Below are positions 9,846-18,388 of a stretch of DNA of 64,000 nucleotides, piece after piece. The position numbers and the translations under genes were made by a program. How positions within the stretch are numbered: position 1 is the first letter of the stretch; each line of letters starts with the position of its first letter. The notes under the pieces are model-generated. The model saw only the letters and a list, made by a program, of their open reading frames with translations, did no database searches and had not been told where the DNA came from. This stretch comes from a virus. Lineage: Duplodnaviria > Caudoviricetes. Where the stretch lies: the IMG/VR virus record IMGVR_UViG_3300046779_001841, positions 252,222 through 316,221 of that record; one strand, given 5' to 3'.

Positions 9846-10071
9846 ACAACAAATTCAAAAATTTGCAGAATTAAAACAAAATGCTATTCAACTTGTCAAT
9901 CAGCTTGGCAGTCTTGAATTGAAAAAGCATGGTGTTATTGATGCACTAAATAAGAATGAAACAGAAGCACAAAGTCTTTTAAATCAAATCAAATTTAAGT
10001 TCGATTTGAAAGAAGATCAAGCATTTCAAATTTTAGATGATGGTAAAGTTGTTATCAAGGTTGAAGAATAA
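9808..10071 (+). CDS. Small coiled-coil protein
   Basis: 87 aa helical ORF. Confidence 0.65.
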   Translation: MQSTIKQIGTLSEQQIQKFAELKQNAIQLVNQLGSLELKKHGVIDALNKNETEAQSLLNQIKFKFDLKEDQAFQILDDGKVVIKVEE

Positions 10072-10744
10072 TCTCAAAAGTATAATAATCTGTATTCTCA
10101 CCTTCCATCCATTTTAAATAAGATAATCCTGTTTCTTTTTCAAAACTATCTATAAACTTATGATCTATTCTTACTCGAATTTGATCTTGATCTTTAAATG
10201 AATTTAAATCTGTAACCCATTCACTTGGCTGGTTATCATCATTCACTTTATCTATATAAGCACTATGATTGTGTAAAAGATCAAATAAAACATCTTTACT
10301 GCATGATGCGATTTGTTCAAATGGTCTTACATAAGGTATTGTTGGTTCAGTGCCTTTAAGATATGCCATGATATGATCGTGTGCAATAGGATATTGCTTT
10401 TTATGTAGAACTTTGTGGAACTTTCTAATAAAGTTCCAGTCAAGACTGCTCAATAATAATTCTTTTGCCATATCTATCCTTTCATGTTTAAATGCACAAG
10501 CTACAAAAAAAAGGATTTCTCTTTGGCTTATGGTTTCTAAAGATATGATTTGTTCTCTTGTTAAATCCGATGTTGGATAAAACACATAAGTTGTGTGTTT
10601 TTGTTCTTTAAAAAATTCTACTTCTGCATTTTTCTCATCTAGTGAAAAAGCAAAATAATTGGATTTCATTGGTGGCAATTTATCAGTCTTTGGTATGATA
10701 TAGACAAGATACATACTTTTACTTGTAGATAATTTTTTAATCAT
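10055..10744 (-). CDS. Hypothetical protein
   Basis: 229 aa ORF; AAGGA SD; TATAAG box upstream. Confidence 0.75.
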   Translation of the reverse strand: MIKKLSTSKSMYLVYIIPKTDKLPPMKSNYFAFSLDEKNAEVEFFKEQKHTTYVFYPTSDLTREQIISLETISQREILFFVACAFKHERIDMAKELLLSSLDWNFIRKFHKVLHKKQYPIAHDHIMAYLKGTEPTIPYVRPFEQIASCSKDVLFDLLHNHSAYIDKVNDDNQPSEWVTDLNSFKDQDQIRVRIDHKFIDSFEKETGLSYLKWMEGENTDYYTFEIILQP

Positions 10745-10821
10745 TTTATGCTTTATCCTTTGTTAAGATAAAGCACTTATATTTTACTTATGAGTTTTAT
10801 CCACATGAAAGGAAGAATATT

Positions 10822-11169
10822 ATGAAAAAAGATTTTGAAATGGATGAGAGAAGTTTCTTTGGCAAAAGAGAAATAGGCGAAGATATTCCAGAGTATGAGT
10901 ATACAGATAAGAATAGTGATAGAGTACTCAAATTATATATACGAAAAATAAAACAAGATTTAAAAGATGTAATGAGTATTGATTTTTTGTTAGATGCTTC
11001 TTCGGATTTACAAGAACATAAAGAAAATATTGAAAACATAACACAAGACAAAGAGATTATTCGTGCATTTGATTATCTTGCAAGAAGTTTTGAAAAAAAC
11101 TACCAGGAATTAAATAAAGACATTCATTTTTTTAAAATGCAACTTAAATCTAAAAAGATAACTTTATAG
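10822..11169 (+). CDS. Hypothetical protein
   Basis: 115 aa ORF with AAGGA SD. Confidence 0.7.
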   Translation: MKKDFEMDERSFFGKREIGEDIPEYEYTDKNSDRVLKLYIRKIKQDLKDVMSIDFLLDASSDLQEHKENIENITQDKEIIRAFDYLARSFEKNYQELNKDIHFFKMQLKSKKITL

Positions 11170-12220
11170 CACCACGATTTTCACCATAGGTATATCCAAT
11201 ATTCTTAACACCTGTATATTGTTTAATTCTATTTAGTAATCCAAGTAATGGTTCTACATTATCATCATTCCAAAAATCTGTAATTTCCCAATAGTCCCTT
11301 AGTGTCTTGATCTTTAAAACACCTACTTGCAATGGTATATCTGTTTTTGTAATGATCAAAGTATCTACACCATTTACTTGAATGGCTTCTCTTAAACCAT
11401 CTAAATCAAGCCAACCTATCTTTCTAGGTCTACCTGTAGTTGCACCATATTCTTTTCCTATCGTCCTATATTTTTCTGATAGTTCTTCATCCAATTCTTC
11501 AAAATCACCAGTGCCTACTTTTGTTTCATAAATTTTAGCTACACCTATCACTTCATCTACTTGTTTATGATTTAAACGAGTAGAATAAAAAACTGCACCT
11601 ATCGTTGTACATGATGATGTTACATTTGGATATTCTTCACCCCAAATATCAAGACGATAACCTTGACAACCTTCAAGAATAACATTTCTACCATAAGAAA
11701 CCATATCTCTAAGAAATCCTTCTGCATCACCTACATAAGATTTTAAAATTTGTGCTTCTTCTAAATAAGAAAACTTTTCCATCCATGTATACAGATTGAA
11801 ATTATCTCTTGCGATAAAATCTTTAAGTGCGGGTCCGATACCTTTTGCAGTAGTTCCTAACCTATGCTGGTATTTAAGTTTATCTTCATCTATATGCCAA
11901 GACATGACAACAGGACAATAATTAGATACTAGCAATGTACTTGGTTGTACATTAAACTCTTTGATTTCTTTTACAAGTTGAACAGGATCTACAATAGTTG
12001 CTCTTGTAATCACATTTACTGCATCTGGAGTTAAGACACCACTTGGCAATAAATGAACAACAGATTTATTGCCATTTTGATCATATATCGTATGACCAGC
12101 ATTTGCACCACCTTGATACCTAACAACAACTGGAGTTTGTGTATTTTGACAAAGATCATCTACAACACGACCTTTACCTTCATCACCATTTTGTAATCCA
12201 AGAATAACTTTGACTGACAT
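11150..12220 (-). CDS. purA: Adenylosuccinate synthetase (short type)
   Basis: GLQNGDEGKG, GGANAGHT, EGCQG, YPNVTSS and EYGATTGRPR motifs. Confidence 0.95.
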   Translation of the reverse strand: MSVKVILGLQNGDEGKGRVVDDLCQNTQTPVVVRYQGGANAGHTIYDQNGNKSVVHLLPSGVLTPDAVNVITRATIVDPVQLVKEIKEFNVQPSTLLVSNYCPVVMSWHIDEDKLKYQHRLGTTAKGIGPALKDFIARDNFNLYTWMEKFSYLEEAQILKSYVGDAEGFLRDMVSYGRNVILEGCQGYRLDIWGEEYPNVTSSCTTIGAVFYSTRLNHKQVDEVIGVAKIYETKVGTGDFEELDEELSEKYRTIGKEYGATTGRPRKIGWLDLDGLREAIQVNGVDTLIITKTDIPLQVGVLKIKTLRDYWEITDFWNDDNVEPLLGLLNRIKQYTGVKNIGYTYGENRGAIKLSF

Positions 12221-12303
12221 AAAACCTCACTCAGAAAATAGAATTTGAATGATTATACAATAGAGATAGATCAATAATTGATTTATTTTAAAACACTTCT
12301 TAA

Positions 12304-12783
12304 ATGATCTGTAAACCTTTAAAAAGGAAAAATAAAATGAGAAAACAAAGTTTGTTTCGTGAAAAAATGGATCTTAGTAATGTTAGCAAAATACTCACTA
12401 AAGATGTTGAACTCTTAGAAGAAATTTATACTACATATTTAGATATTGAAAAATATCTAAATATTGATGTTTTGACGGTGGCACAAGATAAATTAGAAGA
12501 TGCGATAAAACTACTTTCACAATCGAATAGATTGGCAAGTTTAAAAACAAGATTGGCTTTTATTGAAACTTTCATGAAATTGAAAACACACTATGATATA
12601 TATAGTAATCTTGGTAGTCTTAAAAATATCGTCAATGATTGTATCACTGCACGAAATTTCTATTATAATAGCACCAATCCAAAAGAAAAAGAAGCCAGCA
12701 AGAAATTACAACAAGTGATTACTCTTTTGATGGACTTCTCTGAAGATTTAAAAGAAGTTAAAAAGTCTATTCCTTTAATTTAA
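12304..12783 (+). CDS. Hypothetical helical protein
   Basis: 159 aa ORF; start may be the later ATG (MRKQS) after AAGGA. Confidence 0.7.
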   Translation: MICKPLKRKNKMRKQSLFREKMDLSNVSKILTKDVELLEEIYTTYLDIEKYLNIDVLTVAQDKLEDAIKLLSQSNRLASLKTRLAFIETFMKLKTHYDIYSNLGSLKNIVNDCITARNFYYNSTNPKEKEASKKLQQVITLLMDFSEDLKEVKKSIPLI

Positions 12784-13035
12784 ATATAATTCACCTTTAT
12801 GTGTCAATATCCAGCCACTCACTGCTATGGCAACTAAACCTTCTTCTCTTAAACTTTGTAAAAGTTCTACAAGATTTAATTGATGCTTATTTTCTTCCAT
12901 GAGAACTCTTATATCCATTGGTTCATCAATAGATAACATACTCAAAACACTTTTGATTGTTTCTGTATTAAACATCTCATGGTATCTTGATCTCTTTTTT
13001 TCTTGCATCATTTCATGAAAATAAAAATTAATCAT
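12775..13035 (-). CDS. Small protein with a winged-HTH-like C-terminus
   Basis: LVELLQSLREEGLV..WILTHKG pattern. Confidence 0.5.
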   Translation of the reverse strand: MINFYFHEMMQEKKRSRYHEMFNTETIKSVLSMLSIDEPMDIRVLMEENKHQLNLVELLQSLREEGLVAIAVSGWILTHKGELYLN

Positions 13036-13168
13036 TCTCTTTTTCACTTTCTTCTTGCATTGCAAGTTCATTCAAAATGGCTTGTTTTTCTTCTTCTGTA
13101 ATTCCACTTTCACTATAAAATTCTTCACAAGTGATTTGTGATAAGAAATCATCAAAGTAGTTATTCAT
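13028..13168 (-). CDS. 46-aa acidic peptide, paralog of 4889..5059
   Basis: MNNYFDDFLSQITCEEFY...; ATG 13168 with AAGGA SD. Confidence 0.8.
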   Translation of the reverse strand: MNNYFDDFLSQITCEEFYSESGITEEEKQAILNELAMQEESEKEND

Positions 13169-13169
13169 A

Positions 13170-13367
13170 TTATCTATTTCCTTTCTTTTCAAAGAGTGCT
13201 GAAATTGTTTTGTCATCCCAAGCATCTGCAAATCTATTTTTAGATACTGGCTTTATGCCATATGCTAAAAGGTCTTGGTCTTTAAAACTCAATGCTCTTT
13301 TACTAGCAGTGGTTCTAGGTGTTTTCATGATTTTGCCAGCAGGCACATTTCTTAATGTTCTTGACAT
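13170..13367 (-). CDS. Small basic hypothetical protein
   Basis: MSRTLR..DAWDDKTISA; SD; motif copy C upstream. Confidence 0.75.
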   Translation of the reverse strand: MSRTLRNVPAGKIMKTPRTTASKRALSFKDQDLLAYGIKPVSKNRFADAWDDKTISALFEKKGNR

Positions 13368-13385
13368 TTTTTTTCCTTTCTCATG

Positions 13386-13427
13386 TCTTACATATCTATA
13401 ACACTTATCGTTTAGCTATCTTTGCAA
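13386..13427 (-). promoter_or_regulatory. Conserved motif, copy C
   Basis: TTGCAAAGATAGC-N8-AAGTGTTATAGATATG. Confidence 0.75.
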
Positions 13428-13460
13428 CCAACATGAAAAAAATTTTTATTTAGTGATGGA

Positions 13461-13814
13461 TTATTCATCATCATCTTCTTCTTCTAGTGCTTTTAAAATG
13501 ATCAATTCATCTTTTCCATATTGCACACCATTTTTAAGCCAATCATATATGGATTCTTCTAATTCTTCACCGTCCTTTGAGAACACATCATTACCTTCTA
13601 AGACTACCTCACCAGATCTTCTTCCACATCTTGTTATTTCAAGATCAGTGTGAATTTCAGTGTCTTTTACTTTTAAAGTAAAAGACACTTCAATGTACTC
13701 ACATTCAACATTTACACTGAGCATTAAGTGAATAAGATTCTCACTCCACTGAGAATCGACTACTCTCCATTCAACATTACTACCAATTAATTTTTTTAGT
13801 TTATTCATATTCAT
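13461..13814 (-). CDS. Acidic hypothetical protein
   Basis: 117 aa ORF with AAGGA SD. Confidence 0.75.
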   Translation of the reverse strand: MNMNKLKKLIGSNVEWRVVDSQWSENLIHLMLSVNVECEYIEVSFTLKVKDTEIHTDLEITRCGRRSGEVVLEGNDVFSKDGEELEESIYDWLKNGVQYGKDELIILKALEEEDDDE

Positions 13815-13831
13815 AGGTGTTAATCCTTGTT

Positions 13832-14698
13832 TTAGTGGTGGATGATCTCAAGTTTTGTCAATTCAAAATTTTTGAGTAAACTATCATAATTATCAATGTA
13901 AGGATTGCTAGAATGTTTTTTGAACAAATCATAAAAAACATGAACATTTTCATATGTTTTTGTCAAAAGATAATAGCTACTTTTGATTTGATAAAAGTCA
14001 AAAGTAGTGTTGCTTTCAAGATCAATGTCAAACTTTTTCAATAACTCATTATGAGTGTTATAATGCAATCTATTCTTTTTGTTTGCATTCTCAAAATCTT
14101 TAAGAGTTTTCTGTTTCTCAACACTATTCAAAAAAGTATCTCTCATATCATTAATAATCTTCATCTGACTATCAAGGTCATTTTTCAAGATACTTGGCAT
14201 ATACTTGAGAAATGAATCAAAATCCTTAATTTTACCATCAGAGATTTGTTTAAAATCATCTGTATTGAAAATTTCATTATCTAATGATTTGATACTAATT
14301 AGATCACTATCCATATCTAAGTCTTCATAAAGACATTCATTAAATGGATAATCTATTGAAACTAGAACATCACCATTGAGTATTGTTTGCATTTTTCCAA
14401 AGTGTAGATCAACAGCATAATTAATACCTAAATCATGAGAGATGCAAATTGAAACATCATCTGAGAGATGAAATTCCATACCATATTCACCTTTTTCATC
14501 ATCACAAATTTTATTTTTTGTGTTTTCAACAGAAAGAAATACATTTTTTACCATTTGATAGTATGCTTCTTTTACTTTATCATGATAATTGTTAAAAGTC
14601 ATAGTGGTATCCTCTTGTGTTTGAAAATCACTCATTGAAAGATCTAAGTTTTTCAAATCTGATAAACTTACTTGTGTTTTTCTTACTTCTTTTTTCAT
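13832..14698 (-). CDS. Hypothetical protein
   Basis: 288 aa ORF with SD; motif copy D upstream. Confidence 0.8.
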   Translation of the reverse strand: MKKEVRKTQVSLSDLKNLDLSMSDFQTQEDTTMTFNNYHDKVKEAYYQMVKNVFLSVENTKNKICDDEKGEYGMEFHLSDDVSICISHDLGINYAVDLHFGKMQTILNGDVLVSIDYPFNECLYEDLDMDSDLISIKSLDNEIFNTDDFKQISDGKIKDFDSFLKYMPSILKNDLDSQMKIINDMRDTFLNSVEKQKTLKDFENANKKNRLHYNTHNELLKKFDIDLESNTTFDFYQIKSSYYLLTKTYENVHVFYDLFKKHSSNPYIDNYDSLLKNFELTKLEIIHH

Positions 14699-14724
14699 AG
14701 GTGTTAATCCTTTGTTTTTGGGTT

Positions 14725-14772
14725 ATCGTTATCGACTTAACAATAACACTTGTTGATTTGCTATCTTTGCAA
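14725..14772 (-). promoter_or_regulatory. Conserved motif, copy D
   Basis: TTGCAAAGATAGC-N8-AAGTGTTATTGTTAAGTCGATAACGAT. Confidence 0.8.
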
Positions 14773-14797
14773 CAGAAATGAAAATTTCAATAAAGTT

Positions 14798-15196
14798 TTA
14801 TTTAGTGGTGGTTGTAGTTTTTTTAGGTAACCAAGATTCTAGTTTCTTCTGAATTGTTAAACAGTCTGCTTCTGTTTTTAATACTATAACATGATCTTCA
14901 ATAGGCTTATTACCACCCATGAGAAATGAATTAAGAGAATATGCTTCAAATTTAACATGAGCATATTCATTTTTATTACATGAATATCTTCTATCAGGTA
15001 AGTAGATAGATATTTCATATTTATTATTGTTTAAAAGACTACTCAAGTAGTATTCTTTTCTTGTATAATCCCAACCATATTCCTTAGTAGCTTCTACTAC
15101 TTTTTCAATTTCAGTGGCACTATTTTGGATAGATGGTTCAATCCAATTTTTTCCAATCAAGGTAGCATAGTTTTTTAAAGTAATATCCATATCCAT
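14798..15196 (-). CDS. Hypothetical protein
   Basis: Start corrected to ATG 15196 (AAGGA SD); the ORF-track start runs through the upstream motif. Confidence 0.75.
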   Translation of the reverse strand: MDMDITLKNYATLIGKNWIEPSIQNSATEIEKVVEATKEYGWDYTRKEYYLSSLLNNNKYEISIYLPDRRYSCNKNEYAHVKFEAYSLNSFLMGGNKPIEDHVIVLKTEADCLTIQKKLESWLPKKTTTTTK

Positions 15197-15221
15197 AACT
15201 TTTTTCCTTTGTTTTTTGTTT

Positions 15222-15269
15222 ATCGTTATCGACATATATATAACACTTCTCATTATGCTACCTTTGCAA
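15222..15269 (-). promoter_or_regulatory. Conserved motif, copy E
   Basis: TTGCAAAGGTAGC-N8-AAGTGTTATATATATGTCGATAACGAT. Confidence 0.8.
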
Positions 15270-15273
15270 CACA

Positions 15274-15975
15274 ATGGATTTTTTTATGAAAATTTTAGGT
15301 ATCAGCACAACTACTCATGCACCTGTTCCAGAACATCCAGAACCATCTGCATCTTTTGAAACATTAAAGATCTTATTAGATATGCTAAAGGGATTTGGAC
15401 ATGATACATCTTTTATAGATGCCAATAAATTGCATATCATTAAAAACCTATCTTGCTATTCTACAGATAAAAAGAATTGTGGATCTAAAGATGCAGGTAA
15501 ATATAGATGCTGGGCTACTCATCTTTCTCATGAAAATCCAGATGAATATGGTGGCAAAGATGAAATGACATATATATATGATGGTATCGAGTGGGCAGAT
15601 GTTATTATCTTTTCTACATCTGTTCGCTGGATGAACCATAGTGCATTATTCCAAACAATTATTGAAAGACTTAATGTTATTGAAAATGTTCATAGTGTCT
15701 ATGAAGAACCAAATTCTGTTTCTAATAAAAAAGTAGGCTTTATTGTGATTGGACAACATTATCAATCGCAACAGGTATCTAGTCACTTAATAGAAGTCTT
15801 TAGTCAATTAGGTTTCATTACAGATAGTAGAGATGGTTCTTTTACATGGCAAAGAACACTCAATAGAAATTTAGAACAAGATGGTAGCAATAGACCACAT
15901 ATAATATCATATCTTGCGACTTCTGAAGGTACAGATCAGCTTAACAATTTTATTAATTGGATTGAAAGCATTTAA
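15274..15975 (+). CDS. NAD(P)H-dependent FMN reductase / flavodoxin-like protein
   Basis: KILGIST, Cys cluster (SCY..NC..RC), DEM..IY..WADVIIFSTSVRW and KKVGFIVIG. Confidence 0.8.
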   Translation: MDFFMKILGISTTTHAPVPEHPEPSASFETLKILLDMLKGFGHDTSFIDANKLHIIKNLSCYSTDKKNCGSKDAGKYRCWATHLSHENPDEYGGKDEMTYIYDGIEWADVIIFSTSVRWMNHSALFQTIIERLNVIENVHSVYEEPNSVSNKKVGFIVIGQHYQSQQVSSHLIEVFSQLGFITDSRDGSFTWQRTLNRNLEQDGSNRPHIISYLATSEGTDQLNNFINWIESI

Positions 15976-16115
15976 ACATATTTGTGATATACATATTGTG
16001 CATAGACAAATACAGGCACCAGTATATATGGATTATCATACATCCATATAAGAGTTATAGTTAGCAAGATAAGACATAAGATGATATGAAAATAATTATT
16101 CATTTTTTGAACCTA

Positions 16116-16163
16116 TTGCAAAGATAGCTTATCCACAAGTGTTATTTATATGTCAATAATGAC
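16116..16163 (+). promoter_or_regulatory. Conserved motif, copy F (plus strand)
   Basis: TTGCAAAGATAGCTTATCCACAAGTGTTATTTATATGTCAATAATGAC upstream of 16184. Confidence 0.8.
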
Positions 16164-16183
16164 TTAACACAAAGGAAAAGAAA

Positions 16184-16471
16184 ATGGAAAATTTAATTCA
16201 AGCACTCAAAAACAGATTTAACAATAGTGAAGTCAATATCAATGGTAAAACCATTGAATTGGTGATGGATAATTTTCTTGCTAAGATTGAGATATATCAA
16301 GAAGAAGATGAATATGAATATCATTATAGTACTTATAATGTGATTTGGTTTTTTGATTGGAATAAAAAGAAAGGTTTTCTTAGACCTATAAGTGAAAAAG
16401 ATTTTGAAGCATCAATACCTAATCTTTTAGCTAGTCTTAGTTCTGATTATTATGAATCTCAAGAAGATTAA
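16184..16471 (+). CDS. Hypothetical protein
   Basis: 95 aa ORF with AAGGA SD. Confidence 0.75.
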   Translation: MENLIQALKNRFNNSEVNINGKTIELVMDNFLAKIEIYQEEDEYEYHYSTYNVIWFFDWNKKKGFLRPISEKDFEASIPNLLASLSSDYYESQED

Positions 16472-16608
16472 ATTACATTCTTATGATAAATGATTTCTTT
16501 CTTCACTTGTGGTTTAGGTTTTGAATAATGTGCAAAAATAAGACTGGCAACAATAAGAATGATCGCAGTGTAATTCGCATACTTTGAAATTTGACTATTT
16601 GATAACAT
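16468..16608 (-). CDS. Small single-TM protein (46 aa)
   Basis: Hand translation MLSNSQISKYANYTAIILIVASLIFAHYSKPK...NVI*; AAGGA SD 8 nt upstream. Confidence 0.65.
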   Translation of the reverse strand: MLSNSQISKYANYTAIILIVASLIFAHYSKPKPQVKKEIIYHKNVI

Positions 16609-16675
16609 AATTCATGTCCTTGTTGTGAGAAAGAGATACATATATGTATATCATGGGTATTTTCGCTATGCAATT

Positions 16676-17152
16676 TTAATCCTTAATAAAACCCCACTGA
16701 TTACTATTTCTCGAATATCTAGCACGATAACCTAAGCGTCCAACACCTAATTTCAAATGACTAAAAAAAGTCTTATATAAATCTTCTTTAGGTATTGGAT
16801 CTAAACTTTTCTTTCCATAAAAGAATGGAATTTTAGGATTATACTTTTCTGTTTCTACTAATACAGAATCTGCATCTTTTTTTAAAAGGTATGTTGTTCT
16901 CAAATTCGTTTCTAAATTCAAAACAACAACATAAAGATCATTATCCTTTAATCCAACAGAGAAAAGGATTGTTGCTTTTGTTTCAGAACCTATTTGAATT
17001 TGGCAACCAGTCAAACTTTGACTGAAAGAAACACCAAGATCTGGTTTTTTATAATTAGTACCATACCAACCAGATTTAATATTAGCTACTTGTTCGCCAA
17101 GTCGAACACACTCATAACTTGTATTTATACCATTTCTAAAGACTTGAAACAT
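16676..17152 (-). CDS. Hypothetical protein
   Basis: 158 aa ORF with SD; TATAAG-type 19-mer upstream also found at 62200. Confidence 0.75.
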   Translation of the reverse strand: MFQVFRNGINTSYECVRLGEQVANIKSGWYGTNYKKPDLGVSFSQSLTGCQIQIGSETKATILFSVGLKDNDLYVVVLNLETNLRTTYLLKKDADSVLVETEKYNPKIPFFYGKKSLDPIPKEDLYKTFFSHLKLGVGRLGYRARYSRNSNQWGFIKD

Positions 17153-17215
17153 TTGAAAATATCCTTTCTGAAATATATAGATATACTTATAATATTTAAG
17201 AAAGAATTTACATTA

Positions 17216-17596
17216 TTAAAACAAAGAAATGATATAAGGCTTTACAAATTTTAGCATTAAACTCGAACCTATACCTGCACCGACTGCTTGACTTAATCCA
17301 ATCACTATTCTTTGTTTATTATTCTCTGCATTAACAAAAAGAAAAGACATACACAACCATGTAATTTGACTTGAAAACCCAGTGACCATTTGAGTATAAA
17401 ACCAATCATGGGTCATTGCATAATTATCCAGCGAACTGATAAGATCTCCAATCAATACAATAAACATAGATAAGAAGATTGTTCTGTAAATGATTAGCTT
17501 ATTTCTTCCACTAAACTTTTCAAAATCTTTTTCAATCTTCTCTTGTTTTTCAAGATAAGAATTAACCCAATGTTCTTGTAAATCATCATTAGACAT
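17216..17596 (-). CDS. Membrane protein
   Basis: Several hydrophobic segments. Confidence 0.7.
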   Translation of the reverse strand: MSNDDLQEHWVNSYLEKQEKIEKDFEKFSGRNKLIIYRTIFLSMFIVLIGDLISSLDNYAMTHDWFYTQMVTGFSSQITWLCMSFLFVNAENNKQRIVIGLSQAVGAGIGSSLMLKFVKPYIISLF

Positions 17597-17650
17597 TCTG
17601 TATCCTTTGTAAAATAAACACTATCTAAATAAAGATTTCACAATTCCATT

Positions 17651-17761
17651 TGTTAGATTTGAGATTTTAAATATCTATGCAGGATTTAAACCTGCATCAC
17701 CTAAATTGGCATTTTTACAACTTAAAATAAAAGATACTTAAAATCTCATGTGGTTCTAACA
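17651..17761 (-). ncRNA. Candidate tRNA-like structured RNA
   Basis: 7-bp plus 16-bp closing stems enclosing two hairpins, one being ATGCAGG-TTTAAAT-CCTGCAT (T-arm-like); G-U pairs work only on the minus strand. Confidence 0.55.
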
Positions 17762-17838
17762 CTTTCTTTATACAAGAAATCTCAAACTCTTTTCAATTTT
17801 TTTTATATATATTCTGTGTTATAAAAAAGGAGTTTATT

Positions 17839-18327
17839 ATGTTCGATAAAGAAGAAATGGCAATTCGCATAGCGAGTGTCTATATAGCTAAAGAGAAAGA
17901 TAAAGGTTTGCCTAAAAAATATCTATCTGGACTTAAAGGCAAAGATCGTAAAAAAAGAGTAAATGAAATAGATAAAAGAAAAAAAGAAACAGATCCAAAG
18001 AAAAAATTTAAACCTTTCAAATCAGACAAAGATGAGAAGACTACTAAAAGCCAGTATTCTAAAACAGATATTGCTAAAAAGATAAGAGAAAAATTAGATG
18101 GTCAAGGTAAAGATGCTTTTATTGAAGCATCATCTAAAGCATCTGGTGTTTCTAAATCTATATTAAGTGAAGTCTATGCAAGAGGTGCGGCCGCTTGGGC
18201 TACAGGTCATAGACCAGGTGCTACACAACATCAATGGTCGATTGCAAGAGTATATAGTTTTTTAAGTGGTGGTAAAACACAATCTACTGCAGATAAAGAT
18301 TTAGCTGAGAAAGCTGGTTTGATCTAA
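17839..18327 (+). CDS. DUF5824-like protein
   Basis: EVYARGAAAWATGHRPGATQHQWSIARVYSF matches my recollection of DUF5824; RIAS motif at the N-terminus. Confidence 0.6.
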   Translation: MFDKEEMAIRIASVYIAKEKDKGLPKKYLSGLKGKDRKKRVNEIDKRKKETDPKKKFKPFKSDKDEKTTKSQYSKTDIAKKIREKLDGQGKDAFIEASSKASGVSKSILSEVYARGAAAWATGHRPGATQHQWSIARVYSFLSGGKTQSTADKDLAEKAGLI

Positions 18328-18388
18328 CCTAGATTTCTTTTTTATTTATTCTCAAATTCTTTGTATTATTCTTTTAAAAATTTTATTA

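Noticed and set aside
11150-12220. PurZ / 2-aminoadenine (Z-genome) pathway
   Set aside because: The motif is GDEGKG with the PurA catalytic Asp; PurZ has Ser there. No datZ- or mazZ-like gene was recognised in the window.
15972-16079. 35-aa Tyr-rich minus-strand ORF (MSYLANYNSY...)
   Set aside because: Open and fills the gap, but has no SD and is short; not enough support to list.
17250-17290. tRNA suggested by GGTTCGAGT on the minus strand
   Set aside because: It lies inside CDS 17216..17596 (encodes GAGIGSS) and has no T-stem or cloverleaf.
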